Below, piece after piece: positions 8,957 through 19,736 of a stretch of DNA of 44,906 nucleotides (position 1 is the first letter of the stretch; the number at the start of each line of letters is the position of its first letter). The position numbers and the translations under genes are program-made. This stretch comes from Clostridia bacterium (GTDB lineage: Bacteria; Bacillota; Clostridia; UMGS1840). The notes below the pieces were generated by a model, which was not told the DNA's origin, made no database searches, and worked only from the letters and a program-made list of their open reading frames with translations. The stretch is taken from assembly GCA_045580405.1 (NCBI GenBank), contig JAZNNT010000153.1:1-44906 (forward strand), given 5' to 3'.

Positions 8957-9835
8957 TTAGTAAAGCACCTGCTGATTCCGTTTTTCACCTAAATAGCAAA
9001 TCCCCACAACTTCGGGCCCTGCATTAATCACGATACAGGGGCCAATCAGTACGGTTTCCAACGGTTTTTCCTTCAGCACATCTTTTGCCATTTTATAAAA
9101 CTCTTTTCCGTCATTTTTGCCATGCAACACAATATATTTTTTGTCAGCACCAATTCTTTCTTCTGCAATCCGGCAAAGAGCATCCATCGCTTTGGGAATC
9201 CCGCGAACCTTTTGATAGGTCACGGAATCTCCACCCGTTAAGCACATAATGGGTTTAATCCCCAAAAGCTCTCCTGCAATGGCTGCAGCACCGCCGATTC
9301 TGCCTGATTTTTTGGCATATTTCAAATCAAACACGGTAAAGTACACTTCCAGGCGGGTAAACCAGTCTTCCAGATAATTTAAGATAATTTCGGCAGACTT
9401 TCCGTCTTTCGCCATTTTTGCCGCCTGCACCACGGGATAGCCGTAACAATAGCTGTAAGCACCCGAATCCACCACAGTAATTTTCATCTTGCAGTCGGGC
9501 AGGTCATTGTAAAACATTTTACGTGCCAGCTGGGCGGAGTTATTGGTGGAAGACGCTTTTCCGTTAATGGTCACGATAATGAAGTCGGTCACATCATCCT
9601 TAAATGCTTTTTTAATGGCATCTAAAAATTCAAAGGGAGGAATCTGTGCCGTGGTGGGAATTTCGTCCCCTTCGGGCAGAAGATTATAAAACTCCTCCTT
9701 GGTAAAATCGTAGGCCTCTTTATATTCTTTCTGATTCATGGTAATCGTCATGGGAAGCAATTGGATATCGTATTTTTGTGCAGTTTTTAAATCAATATCA
9801 CTTGCGGTGTCCACACAGATTCTGATATTTGCCAT
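8957..9835 (-). CDS. DegV-family fatty-acid-binding protein
   Basis: 292 aa. Reads like a typical DegV protein: N-terminal ...IRICVDTASDI..., TTAQIPP and GPEVVGI. Confidence 0.8.
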   Translation of the reverse strand: MANIRICVDTASDIDLKTAQKYDIQLLPMTITMNQKEYKEAYDFTKEEFYNLLPEGDEIPTTAQIPPFEFLDAIKKAFKDDVTDFIIVTINGKASSTNNSAQLARKMFYNDLPDCKMKITVVDSGAYSYCYGYPVVQAAKMAKDGKSAEIILNYLEDWFTRLEVYFTVFDLKYAKKSGRIGGAAAIAGELLGIKPIMCLTGGDSVTYQKVRGIPKAMDALCRIAEERIGADKKYIVLHGKNDGKEFYKMAKDVLKEKPLETVLIGPCIVINAGPEVVGICYLGEKRNQQVLY

Positions 9836-9979
9836 GTGCAGTTCACTCCTTTTAAGAATCGGGATGTTATATGATAGTCCACAGTATATTATACTATAGT
9901 TTTTCTAAAATAGCAAGATGATTTTCAATATTTTTTTAAAGACTTGGACAAACATTTTTACCTTTTTCGTAAAAAATGG

Positions 9980-10008
9980 TTGAATTTTTGGGAAACCTAT
10001 AGTATAAT
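9980..10008 (+). promoter_or_regulatory. sigma-A-like promoter of ilvE
   Basis: TTGAAT, a 17-nt spacer, then TATAAT. Confidence 0.6.
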
Positions 10009-10051
10009 GAAAGGAAATCACAGATTTGATATCAGGAAAGGCGTGATGATT

Positions 10052-11116
10052 ATGGAAATCACAATTACCAGAACCCAAACCCCCAAACAGAAACCCGACC
10101 AGTCCAACTTAGGCTTCGGTAAAATTTTTACCGACCATATGTTTGAAATGGAATATACCGAAGGAATCGGCTGGCATGATGCCAAAATCCTTCCCGTACA
10201 TAACTTAAGCTTACACCCTGCCTGCATGGTATTCCACTACGGCCAGGAAATGTTTGAAGGCTTAAAAGCATACCGCGGAAAAGACGGCAAAGTTCGTCTG
10301 TTCCGCCCTGAAATGAATGCAAAAAGAACCAACAACACCAATGACCGTCTCTGCATTCCTCATATTCCCGTGGAAGATTTTGTGGAAGCGGTAAAGGCTG
10401 TGGTAAAAGTGGATGAAGACTGGATTCCCACCGCAGACGGTACCTCCTTATACATCCGTCCTTTCATCATCGCAACCGACGAATTTTTAGGGGTTGCGCC
10501 CTCTAAAACCTATAAATTTATGATTATTCTGTCTCCCTCCGGCGCGTACTACGCAAGCGGTTTAGCTCCCGTTGGCATCTGGATTGAAGACGAATATGTG
10601 CGTGCCGTAAAAGGTGGTATCGGCTTTGCCAAAACCGGCGGTAACTATGCTGCATCCTTAGCAGCTCAGGTAAAAGCTCATGATGACGGCTATTCCCAGG
10701 TGCTTTGGTTAGACGGTGTGGAACGTAAATACATTGAAGAAGTGGGCGCAATGAACATCTTCTTTAAAATTGACGGCAAAATTGTGACTCCTGCCTTAAA
10801 CGGCTCTATCTTACCCGGCGTTACCCGTGACAGCGTCATCGCGCTTTGCAAAAAAATGGGTCTGCCCGTGGAAGAAAGAAAAATCAGTGCAGAAGAACTG
10901 ATTGCTGCTCAGAAAGCAGGAAAATTAGAAGAATGTTTCGGTTCCGGTACAGCGGCGGTAATTTCTCCCGTTGGCAAACTCCGTTACAAAGACGATGTCA
11001 TGATGATCAACAACAACGAAATCGGTCCCGTATCTCAGAAGTTATATGACACCATCACCGGTATTCAGTGGGGTAAAATCGAAGACGATATGGGCTGGAC
11101 TGTGGAAGTGAAATAA
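10052..11116 (+). CDS. ilvE: branched-chain amino acid aminotransferase
   Basis: The stretch ...LGFGKIFTDHMF...HPACMVFHYGQEMFEGLKAYR... is typical of class IV IlvE. Start at ATG 10052 (or 10046), preceded by AGGAAAGG. Confidence 0.9.
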   Translation: MEITITRTQTPKQKPDQSNLGFGKIFTDHMFEMEYTEGIGWHDAKILPVHNLSLHPACMVFHYGQEMFEGLKAYRGKDGKVRLFRPEMNAKRTNNTNDRLCIPHIPVEDFVEAVKAVVKVDEDWIPTADGTSLYIRPFIIATDEFLGVAPSKTYKFMIILSPSGAYYASGLAPVGIWIEDEYVRAVKGGIGFAKTGGNYAASLAAQVKAHDDGYSQVLWLDGVERKYIEEVGAMNIFFKIDGKIVTPALNGSILPGVTRDSVIALCKKMGLPVEERKISAEELIAAQKAGKLEECFGSGTAAVISPVGKLRYKDDVMMINNNEIGPVSQKLYDTITGIQWGKIEDDMGWTVEVK

Positions 11117-11215
11117 GTCCGTGCGGTTTCCTTAAGATACGGCAAAGCACAGGCACCAAAAAAATTCTGTGTTTTCCGATACCAAAAGAACCAAAAAAAT
11201 CAGGAGTGTAGAGTT

Positions 11216-11776
11216 ATGCAGGTAAACGGCTTTAAAAAATCCATGTTCGGCGGCCTTAAAAAAGAGGAAGTACTGACCTATCTGGATCAGATGTCCCGTG
11301 ATGTGGAAGCAAAAATCCGCAATAAGGATGACGATATCCGGGAGCTGAAAAAAGAGGTATCCGAAAAGAAAGATACCATTTCGGAATTAAAGCAACAGCT
11401 GGAGGACCAGAAAGCATCCTACGAAGAAAAGCTTGCCAACGAGCAAAAGGAAGCTGCCCAAAAATTGGAGCATCTTCGTGAAGAATTTCGTAAAGAAAAA
11501 GAAGAAATGCAAGAAAAATTAAGCGACCTGAAGGCTCAGTTTACACTGGAAAAGGAAAAAATCGGTCGTGCTCTGGTTACTGCAGAGGAAGCAGCAAACA
11601 AGATTCTTGCCGATGCCGGCAAAGAAGCCGACGAAATGATTGCCGAAGCCAAACGAAAGGTAGACGTGGAAAAGGAACGCTACAAAAAGCAAAAGGCAGA
11701 TGTGACCGACTTTACCTATGATATTAAGAAGTTAATGGAAAAATTATCATCCGACTTAAAAGAACGTTTGGAATAG
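11216..11776 (+). CDS. DivIVA-domain coiled-coil protein
   Basis: N-terminal FKKSMFGGLKKEEVLTYLDQM resembles the DivIVA domain. The rest is E/K-rich coiled coil. Confidence 0.55.
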   Translation: MQVNGFKKSMFGGLKKEEVLTYLDQMSRDVEAKIRNKDDDIRELKKEVSEKKDTISELKQQLEDQKASYEEKLANEQKEAAQKLEHLREEFRKEKEEMQEKLSDLKAQFTLEKEKIGRALVTAEEAANKILADAGKEADEMIAEAKRKVDVEKERYKKQKADVTDFTYDIKKLMEKLSSDLKERLE

Positions 11777-11800
11777 GCTTGAAAAAGAACACAGATCGCA

Positions 11801-11836
11801 AAAGGCATGGGAATTTCCTATGCTTTTTGTTTTTTC
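11801..11836 (+). terminator. intrinsic terminator (preceded by head motif 11777-11803)
   Basis: Hairpin AAAGGCATGGGA-att-TCCTATGCTTT followed by TTGTTTTTT. Confidence 0.7.
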
Positions 11837-11867
11837 AGTGATAATGCCTTTTTCTGATCCAATACAT

Positions 11868-12113
11868 TCACCCCTGTTGCACACGATCGTATGCTTTTAA
11901 TCGAGAAACTGCCTCTTCATAAGAAAGATTCCCCGCACAAACACCATTGCGAAGAGATTCACAGAGTCGGGTGCGTGCAATTTCCCGTAAGTAACTCCCG
12001 CAAGAATCTTCATAATGCTTCTCGGCGGCATTGCTCGAATTTTGCACAGCTGCTGCCAATACTGTCGCAGTTGCAATAGCAGTAACACGTTTTAGCTTCT
12101 TTATTTGTTTCAT
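11868..12113 (-). CDS. small secreted hypothetical protein (signal peptide, 4 Cys)
   Basis: 81 aa from ATG 12113 (MKQIKKLKRVTAIATATVLAAAV...). AAAGGA RBS. No family recognised. Confidence 0.4.
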   Translation of the reverse strand: MKQIKKLKRVTAIATATVLAAAVQNSSNAAEKHYEDSCGSYLREIARTRLCESLRNGVCAGNLSYEEAVSRLKAYDRVQQG

Positions 12114-12255
12114 AAATAATATCCTTTCAAACAATTCTGTTGCTTTGTACTCTATCATAGCAGCTATGTGTGTTACCTGTTTGAGGATTTGGTGAAGTTT
12201 TTGTGTTTTTAAACGATTTTAGCTGTCCAAGAAAAGAAAAAAATTAAAAAAGCAG

Positions 12256-12284
12256 TTGCAAAATCGGTTCCGCTATGTTATACT
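12256..12284 (+). promoter_or_regulatory. sigma-A-like promoter of gpsA
   Basis: TTGCAA, a 17-nt spacer, then TGt-TATACT. This shows that the track's TTG start at 12256 is promoter, not coding. Confidence 0.5.
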
Positions 12285-12309
12285 GATAGTTGGAAAGGTG
12301 TTGATTGTT

Positions 12310-13308
12310 GTGAGTCGTATCGCAATTTTAGGCTCCGGCAGTTGGGGCTGTGCCCTTGCACATACATTATCCGGACGTAATGATGTCATCATCTGGTCTT
12401 TTTTTCCGGAAGAAACTGAAGAGTTAACCCGCTATCGGGAAAACAAAAAGTTTCTGCCCGGTGTGATATTGGAGGAACCCATCAGCTTTACAAATGATAT
12501 CAAAGAAGCGGTGGCAGATGCGGATTTTATTGTGTTTGCAGTGCCGTCTTTTGCAATTCGTTCCACGGCGAAAACCGTGGCTCCCTTATTCCAACCCGAA
12601 AAGCAGATTGCTGTCTGTGTAGCGAAGGGGCTGGAGGAGGATACCCTTTTTACCTTATCAGAAGTCATTGCCGATGAATTACCCAAAGGCAGCCATGTGT
12701 GTGCCTTATCGGGACCTACTCACGCAGAAGAAGTGGGGCGGGATCTTCCCACCACCATTGTGGCGGCCTGTCCCCAAGAAGAAGTATCATTGGCTGTGCA
12801 ATATGCTTTTATGAATGAAAAATTCCGTGTATATACCTCCACTGACAGCAAGGGTGTGGAGCTTGGCGGCACGGTGAAAAATATCATTGCCCTTTGTGCC
12901 GGTATTTCTGACGGTTGCGGCTTTGGTGACAATGCCAAAGCGGCGTTAATGACCCGCGGGATGTACGAAATTGCAAAATTAGGCGTTGCAATGGGCGGAA
13001 AAACCGAAACCTTTTACGGGTTATCGGGAATGGGTGATTTAATTGTGACCTGCACAAGTATGCACTCGAGAAATCGTCGTTGCGGTATGTTAATCGGTCA
13101 GGGAATGAGTCCTGAAGACGCTATGCGGGAAGTGAACATGGTGGTGGAAGGCATCAAATGCTTAAAAGCCGTGTATAAAGCCTCCCAAAAATACAAGGTT
13201 TCCATGCCAATTATCAGCGAAGCATATCAGATTGTATACGAAGAAAAAAATCCCAAAGAATCAGCCATCGGGTTGATGAACCGCGATAAAAAAGCGGAAC
13301 GCTCCTAA
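12310..13308 (+). CDS. gpsA: NAD(P)H-dependent glycerol-3-phosphate dehydrogenase
   Basis: Rossmann motif IAILGSGSWG. GTG start at 12310 after GGAAAGGTG. Confidence 0.9.
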   Translation: MSRIAILGSGSWGCALAHTLSGRNDVIIWSFFPEETEELTRYRENKKFLPGVILEEPISFTNDIKEAVADADFIVFAVPSFAIRSTAKTVAPLFQPEKQIAVCVAKGLEEDTLFTLSEVIADELPKGSHVCALSGPTHAEEVGRDLPTTIVAACPQEEVSLAVQYAFMNEKFRVYTSTDSKGVELGGTVKNIIALCAGISDGCGFGDNAKAALMTRGMYEIAKLGVAMGGKTETFYGLSGMGDLIVTCTSMHSRNRRCGMLIGQGMSPEDAMREVNMVVEGIKCLKAVYKASQKYKVSMPIISEAYQIVYEEKNPKESAIGLMNRDKKAERS

Positions 13309-13351
13309 AAATATTCAAGAAAGAACGGTGTAACCGTACGGGGTGATTAAA

Positions 13352-14293
13352 ATGTACAGCATTTATAAATCCTATGACGGAAAAATTCAGCAGATTTCAG
13401 CAATTGAAAAGGACTGCTGGATTAATTTCGTTGATCCTGACGATAAGGACACCCGTTTTCTGACCCAGGAGCTTGGCATTGACCCTGATTTCATCCGTTC
13501 CTCCTTGGACGAAGAAGAAATGTCCCGTGTTGAAACTGACGATAACGGCACCACGTTAATCATCGTGGATATCCCTGCTCCCGAAAAAGAAGAGCATGTG
13601 GGAAACACCATTTTGTTTGAAACGCTGCCTTTATCCATTATTTTGCATAAGGATTACATCATCACCATCTGTAATGATGAAACCGCTATTTTAAAGGCAT
13701 TTACCGATGGCGTAGTCAAACAGGTACATACTTATATGAAGACCCGTTTCATCCTGCAGATTTTATACCGTGTGGCAAGTAAATACCTGTTTTACTTAAA
13801 ACAGATTGATAAAATTTCAAGCTATGTGGAACGGCAGTTACACCGTTCCATGAAAAACAAAGAGTTAATTCAGTTATTGGATTTGGAAAAATCTCTGGTA
13901 TTCTTCTCCACCTCCCTGAAGGCAAACGAAATCACCATGCAGAAAATCCGTCGGGGAAAATTTATCCGTTTGTATGAAGAAGACGAAGACCTTTTGGAAG
14001 ATGTGTTAATTGAAACCAACCAGGCAATTGAAATGGCAAGTATTCATTCCAACATTTTGTCGGGAATGATGGATGCTTTTGCTTCGGTTATTTCCAACAA
14101 CTTAAACATTGTAATGAAGGTGTTAGCATCCGTCACCATCCTGATGGCGATTCCAAACATCGTTACCTCTTTTTACGGTATGAACATCCAAGGCGGTATT
14201 CCCCTGGACCAGTTCTGGTGGTTCCCTCTGGTAATTTCCGTGGTTGCCATCTGTGCGGCTGCGTGGATTTTAATTAAAAAGGATATGCTCTAG
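13352..14293 (+). CDS. corA: CorA-family Mg2+/Co2+ transporter
   Basis: C-terminal two TM segments with the YGMN signature (FYGMNIQG). Confidence 0.85.
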   Translation: MYSIYKSYDGKIQQISAIEKDCWINFVDPDDKDTRFLTQELGIDPDFIRSSLDEEEMSRVETDDNGTTLIIVDIPAPEKEEHVGNTILFETLPLSIILHKDYIITICNDETAILKAFTDGVVKQVHTYMKTRFILQILYRVASKYLFYLKQIDKISSYVERQLHRSMKNKELIQLLDLEKSLVFFSTSLKANEITMQKIRRGKFIRLYEEDEDLLEDVLIETNQAIEMASIHSNILSGMMDAFASVISNNLNIVMKVLASVTILMAIPNIVTSFYGMNIQGGIPLDQFWWFPLVISVVAICAAAWILIKKDML

Positions 14294-14351
14294 GTCGCAA
14301 TCCTTCATTCTATCGGCTCCATTCGTACGGTAAAAATCGAAAAAACCATCC

Positions 14352-14378
14352 AAAACCCTTGATTTTCAAGGGTTTTTG
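14352..14378 (+). terminator. intrinsic terminator after corA
   Basis: Hairpin AAAACCCTTGA-ttt-TCAAGGGTTTTTG. Confidence 0.7.
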
Positions 14379-14432
14379 CATAAACAGAAAAATCACAAAA
14401 AATTTACTAAAAAAAGGAATTTTTTTACAAAA

Positions 14433-15746
14433 ATGAAAACTTTTCGCATCGTCACCTTAGGGTGCAAGGTAAATCAGTATGAATCAGAAGCTTTGGCACA
14501 GCAATTCCAACAAGCGGGCTACCGTCCTGCCAAAAAGGGAGAGACTGCGTCTGTTTCCGTTGTAAATACCTGCTCGGTAACCAATATGAGTGACCGAAAA
14601 TCCCGAAAGCTGATTCGCCAATGCACAAAGGACAGCGACTTTGTTGCCGTTTGCGGCTGCTATGCCCAGGCAAAGCCGGAGGAAGCTGCTCAAATAGACG
14701 GGGTGGATTTGGTAATCGGCAACGGGGATAAACACCGTCTCTTCAGTAAAATCGAAGCAAAACTGCTATCAAAGGAAATGGAAAAAATTTACATTTCTCC
14801 CTTAACTGCGGAAACCTCCTTTGATCAAGAGCCGATCAAAAATTATCGGGAAAAGACCAGAGCTATTTTAAAAATTCAGGACGGCTGCAACTCCTTCTGT
14901 TCTTACTGTATTATTCCCTATGTGAGAGGGAGACTACGAAGCCGAAATCCCTTGGAAATACTGGAAGAAGCCAAGATTCTTGCCCAAAACGGATACCGGG
15001 AAATTGTGTTGGCAGGGATTCATGTTTGCAAATACGGTGCCGATTTTTCCGATTCTTTCGGCAGCTCTTCCATTGGGGATTTAACGGATTTGTTGCAAGC
15101 ATTAGAAAAAATTGACGGAATTTGTCGAATCCGTTTAAGCTCTATCGAACCCTTTGCCTTCCATGAAAAGTTTTTTTCTTATTACAAAGAGTCTAAAAAG
15201 CTTTGTCCGTCTTTTCACATTTCTTTGCAAAGCGGCTCTGATGAAGTTCTCAAAAGAATGAATAGACACTATACAGCAGAATACTATCAAAAAACTGTGG
15301 AAACCCTGCGAAAAATCAAGCCGGAAACCACAGTGACCACCGATGTAATCGTGGGATTCCCCGGGGAAGGGGAAGAAGAATTTCAGGCCACTCTTACCTT
15401 AATCAAAAAAATAGGCTTTCTGAAGGTGCATACCTTCCCGTATTCCAGACGTTCCGGTACTGTGGCAGATACTATGCCGGACCAGATCCCCCAATATATC
15501 AAGGAAATACGCAGTAAAGCGGTGCTAAATCTCTCGGAGCAACTGGAAAAAGACGTATTGCAGGAATTTATCGGAAGACCCCTTTTGGTGTTGGCAGAAG
15601 AAGAAAAGAATGGCGGTATGTATGGACTCAGCGAAAACCACCTGCCTGTGATTTTAGAAGGAGAAGGGATTTTGGAGAACAAAATTTATTCCGCAATTCC
15701 TTACAAAACAGACGGCATATTCCTATATGCAAAGGTATCTCCATAA
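14433..15746 (+). CDS. mtaB: MiaB-family radical-SAM methylthiotransferase (MtaB-like)
   Basis: MTTase N-domain TLGCKVNQYE and radical-SAM motif CNSFCSYC. Start at ATG 14433. Confidence 0.75.
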   Translation: MKTFRIVTLGCKVNQYESEALAQQFQQAGYRPAKKGETASVSVVNTCSVTNMSDRKSRKLIRQCTKDSDFVAVCGCYAQAKPEEAAQIDGVDLVIGNGDKHRLFSKIEAKLLSKEMEKIYISPLTAETSFDQEPIKNYREKTRAILKIQDGCNSFCSYCIIPYVRGRLRSRNPLEILEEAKILAQNGYREIVLAGIHVCKYGADFSDSFGSSSIGDLTDLLQALEKIDGICRIRLSSIEPFAFHEKFFSYYKESKKLCPSFHISLQSGSDEVLKRMNRHYTAEYYQKTVETLRKIKPETTVTTDVIVGFPGEGEEEFQATLTLIKKIGFLKVHTFPYSRRSGTVADTMPDQIPQYIKEIRSKAVLNLSEQLEKDVLQEFIGRPLLVLAEEEKNGGMYGLSENHLPVILEGEGILENKIYSAIPYKTDGIFLYAKVSP

Positions 15747-15757
15747 CCGGCTAAAGT

Positions 15758-15794
15758 AAAAGCACGAAATCCATTGAGATTTCGTGCTTTTTTA
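15758..15794. terminator. bidirectional intrinsic terminator
   Basis: Hairpin AGCACGAAATC-cattga-GATTTCGTGCT flanked by A-run and T-run, between convergent genes. Confidence 0.75.
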
Positions 15795-15797
15795 CTG

Positions 15798-16031
15798 CTA
15801 TTCTCTTTTTCCAAGCCTGCGAAAACAGCAATCCAGAAGAACTGCTCCCCACACTCCCTGACTGACCAATATCACAGCAAGAATCAGCAAATATCTTGCA
15901 GTCGAAATATTCTGGAAAGCTGCCGCAGCAACAATGCCGATCAAAATCAGGAAAATAGCAATCCGAAGAAACCATCGGAGTATTGCAACGCACCGTTTTT
16001 CCACGGTTTTTAATGCCTCTCTCATCTTCAT
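15798..16031 (-). CDS. small two-TM hypothetical membrane protein
   Basis: 77 aa with two hydrophobic helices. GGGAGG/AGGA RBS upstream of ATG 16031. Confidence 0.45.
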   Translation of the reverse strand: MKMREALKTVEKRCVAILRWFLRIAIFLILIGIVAAAAFQNISTARYLLILAVILVSQGVWGAVLLDCCFRRLGKRE

Positions 16032-16090
16032 ATAATCCTCATACCTCCCATTTTTGCTTCATGTATCAGACTTTTCATGTTCCTTAGAAA

Positions 16091-16106
16091 TGTTCCACGG
16101 GGAACA
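16091..16106. promoter_or_regulatory. parS-like site 1
   Basis: TGTTCCACGGGGAACA matches 14/16 positions of TGTTNCACGTGAAACA. Confidence 0.7.
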
Positions 16107-16160
16107 TTTTTAAAAGAAAGAACCGTCTTCATAAAAAATTAATTTTTTTAGGAAAAACTA

Positions 16161-16189
16161 TAGACTTTTTTGCCATATTGTGATACAAT
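16161..16189 (+). promoter_or_regulatory. candidate soj promoter
   Basis: TAGACT, a 17-nt spacer, then TGa-TACAAT (extended -10). Confidence 0.4.
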
Positions 16190-16232
16190 AATCGGTACCC
16201 ACCTAATTTTTAGATGGCAAATTTACGGATTT

Positions 16233-16248
16233 TGTTCCACGGGGAACA
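16233..16248. promoter_or_regulatory. parS-like site 2
   Basis: 16-mer TGTTCCACGGGGAACA, identical to site 1. Confidence 0.7.
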
Positions 16249-16278
16249 TTTTTGGCAAATATTACATCAGAAACAAGA

Positions 16279-16294
16279 TGTTCCACGGGGAACA
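16279..16294. promoter_or_regulatory. parS-like site 3
   Basis: 16-mer TGTTCCACGGGGAACA, identical to site 1. Confidence 0.7.
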
Positions 16295-16341
16295 TTCTGG
16301 ATAGCTTTTACGAACATAACAAAGCAAGAAAGGTCGAAAAA

Positions 16342-17106
16342 ATGGGAAAAATTATTGCAGTTGCCAATCAGAAAGGCGGAGTTGGAAAAACCACCTCTGC
16401 CATTAATATTGCGGCTTGCTTAGGTCATTTTGGCAAAAAAGTTCTGCTCATTGATGCTGACCCCCAGGGAAATGCCACCAGCGGCGTCGGTGTGGATAAG
16501 GAAAGTGTGGAAACCTCCTTTTACGATGTGCTGATTGGAAATGAGCCTATCGAAAAGTCAGTCATTGCAACCAATTTTAAAAATTTATGGGTCTGCCCCT
16601 GTAATATTGAGCTGGCAGGTGCCGAGGTGGAATTGGTTGGTGTCAGTGACAGGGAATTTCAGTTTTCCAAATCCCTGGAACCCATTCGGGATGTGTATGA
16701 TTTTGTGATTGTGGACTGCCCGCCTTCGTTAGGGCTAATCACCATCAACATTTTATCCGGTTCCGATTCCATTGTAATTCCGCTGCAGTGCGAATATTTC
16801 GCCCTGGAAGGTCTCAGTCAGCTGATGAACACCCTAAGAAAAATCAAATCCCGCTATAACGAAAATCTGGAAGTGGAAGGGGTTGTGCTCACGATGTATG
16901 ACGGCAGAACCAACTTAACCCTTCAGGTAGCAGGGGAAATCAAGAAATATTTTGGGGAAAAGGTGTTCAAATCACCGGTTCCCAGAAGTGTGCGATTGGG
17001 AGAAGCTCCCAGCTACGGAGAACCTATTTTATATTATGATAAGCGTTCTCATTGCACCGAAGCTTACCTGCGGATTGCCCAGGATATTATGGATCACAAC
17101 AAGTAA
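16342..17106 (+). CDS. soj: ParA/Soj chromosome partitioning ATPase
   Basis: Deviant Walker A NQKGGVGKTT. Start at ATG 16342 (MGKIIAV). The track's longer ORF reads through parS site 3. Confidence 0.9.
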   Translation: MGKIIAVANQKGGVGKTTSAINIAACLGHFGKKVLLIDADPQGNATSGVGVDKESVETSFYDVLIGNEPIEKSVIATNFKNLWVCPCNIELAGAEVELVGVSDREFQFSKSLEPIRDVYDFVIVDCPPSLGLITINILSGSDSIVIPLQCEYFALEGLSQLMNTLRKIKSRYNENLEVEGVVLTMYDGRTNLTLQVAGEIKKYFGEKVFKSPVPRSVRLGEAPSYGEPILYYDKRSHCTEAYLRIAQDIMDHNK

Positions 17107-17151
17107 TACCGTTTGAACTGTATCAGACGGTAAAAGAGAGGATATGAAGCT

Positions 17152-17997
17152 ATGATGAAAAAAGGCGGACTTGGCCGGGGCCTTTCATCTTTGTTGGAAG
17201 AAAAGATTGAAACCGGTTCCGGACGGATAAATGAGCTTTCTGTTATGGACATTGAGCCAAACCCCACACAGCCCCGTAAGGATTTTTCCGAGGAGGGCTT
17301 GCAGGCATTGGCAGACTCCATTGCAGAGGTTGGGGTATTATCCCCGATTTTAGTCAGACAAAAAGACAACGGTTTATATGAAATCATTGCAGGAGAACGC
17401 AGATGGCGTGCTTCCAAATTAGCAGGAAAGAAGAAAATTCCTGCGATTGTGAAGGATTATGAAACAAAAGAGGTGATGGAAATTGCCTTAATTGAAAACC
17501 TTCAGAGAGAAGACTTGAATCCTTTGGAAGAAGCAATGGGCTACCAAACACTAAAAGAACAGTTTGGATTAACCCAGGAAGAAATTGCCAAACGGGTATC
17601 GAAAAGCCGTTCTACCGTTGCCAATATTTTAAGAATCTTAAATCTGCCGGACTTTGTGCTCAAAGAAATCAAGGCGGGGAAGGTAAGCTTAGGTCATGCA
17701 AAGGCGCTGTCTTCTCTGGAATCAGACGAATCCAAGAAACTGCTGCTGTATGAAATTGTGAAAAACGAGATTTCCGTTCGGGATGCAGAAGAGCTTGCCA
17801 AAAAGCTTTCCCAGAAAAAACGTACCAACTTAATTAAAAAAACCTTGAAAAAAGATCCCAATCTGATTGAAGTGGAATCTCAGCTGACCAAGAAATTCGG
17901 TACCAAGGTGCAGATTAAGAGCGGTAAAATTAAAAGTAAGATTGAAATTGAATACTACTCTCAGGATGACTTAAAACGAATCATTGATTTGTTTTAG
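17152..17997 (+). CDS. spo0J: ParB/Spo0J chromosome partitioning protein
   Basis: ParB box IIAGERRWRAS and N-terminal GLGRGLSSLL. Confidence 0.9.
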   Translation: MMKKGGLGRGLSSLLEEKIETGSGRINELSVMDIEPNPTQPRKDFSEEGLQALADSIAEVGVLSPILVRQKDNGLYEIIAGERRWRASKLAGKKKIPAIVKDYETKEVMEIALIENLQREDLNPLEEAMGYQTLKEQFGLTQEEIAKRVSKSRSTVANILRILNLPDFVLKEIKAGKVSLGHAKALSSLESDESKKLLLYEIVKNEISVRDAEELAKKLSQKKRTNLIKKTLKKDPNLIEVESQLTKKFGTKVQIKSGKIKSKIEIEYYSQDDLKRIIDLF

Positions 17998-18031
17998 GGA
18001 TTATTGAAAAAAATTGTACCAATTATTGAGC

Positions 18032-18060
18032 TTGACGGCTTCAAAGCCGTATTATATAAT
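18032..18060 (+). promoter_or_regulatory. sigma-A-like promoter of serS
   Basis: TTGACG, a 17-nt spacer, then TATAAT. Confidence 0.6.
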
Positions 18061-18070
18061 AGCATTGTAA

Positions 18071-19375
<1,305 letters not shown>

Positions 19376-19505
19376 CTCAACACAAAACCGTACGATAAAA
19401 AACTGTATTACTACACTGTTACTTTTTGGATATTTTTCTATTAGACGCGGTGTTGTTTTAAAAACCCTATAAAAAAACACCATTCCAAAAAAATAGAGAG
19501 ATGCT

Positions 19506-19736
19506 GTGTATAAAGTTTTTTTATCCTTTGAATAGTGCCATACAAAAAAAACATCTGCGAGGTACTATCTATAAAGCTTTCACATCCTTTGGATAATGCC
19601 ATACCAAAAAAACCATCTGCAAGGTACTACCTATAAAGCTTTCACATCCTTTGAATAGTGCCATACCAAAAAAACCATCTGCAAGGTACTGTTTATCAGG
19701 TTTTCCTATCCTTTGGATAATGCCATACCAAAAAAG
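19506..19736 (+). repeat. about 3.7 tandem copies of a 62-bp repeat in the dnaA-upstream oriC half
   Basis: Copies start near 19506, 19569, 19631 and 19693. Shared core: ATCCTTTG(G/A)ATA(A/G)TGCCATACCAAAAAAACCATCTGCAAGGTACT. Confidence 0.85.

Noticed and set aside
16252-16341. 30-codon N-terminal extension of ParA/Soj in the ORF track.
   Set aside because: It reads through parS-like site 3. The canonical MGKIIAV..KGGVGKTT start at 16342 has its own RBS.
19506-19736. The 62-bp tandem array considered as a CRISPR array.
   Set aside because: The copies are contiguous, with no unique spacers and no cas genes. The array sits in oriC.
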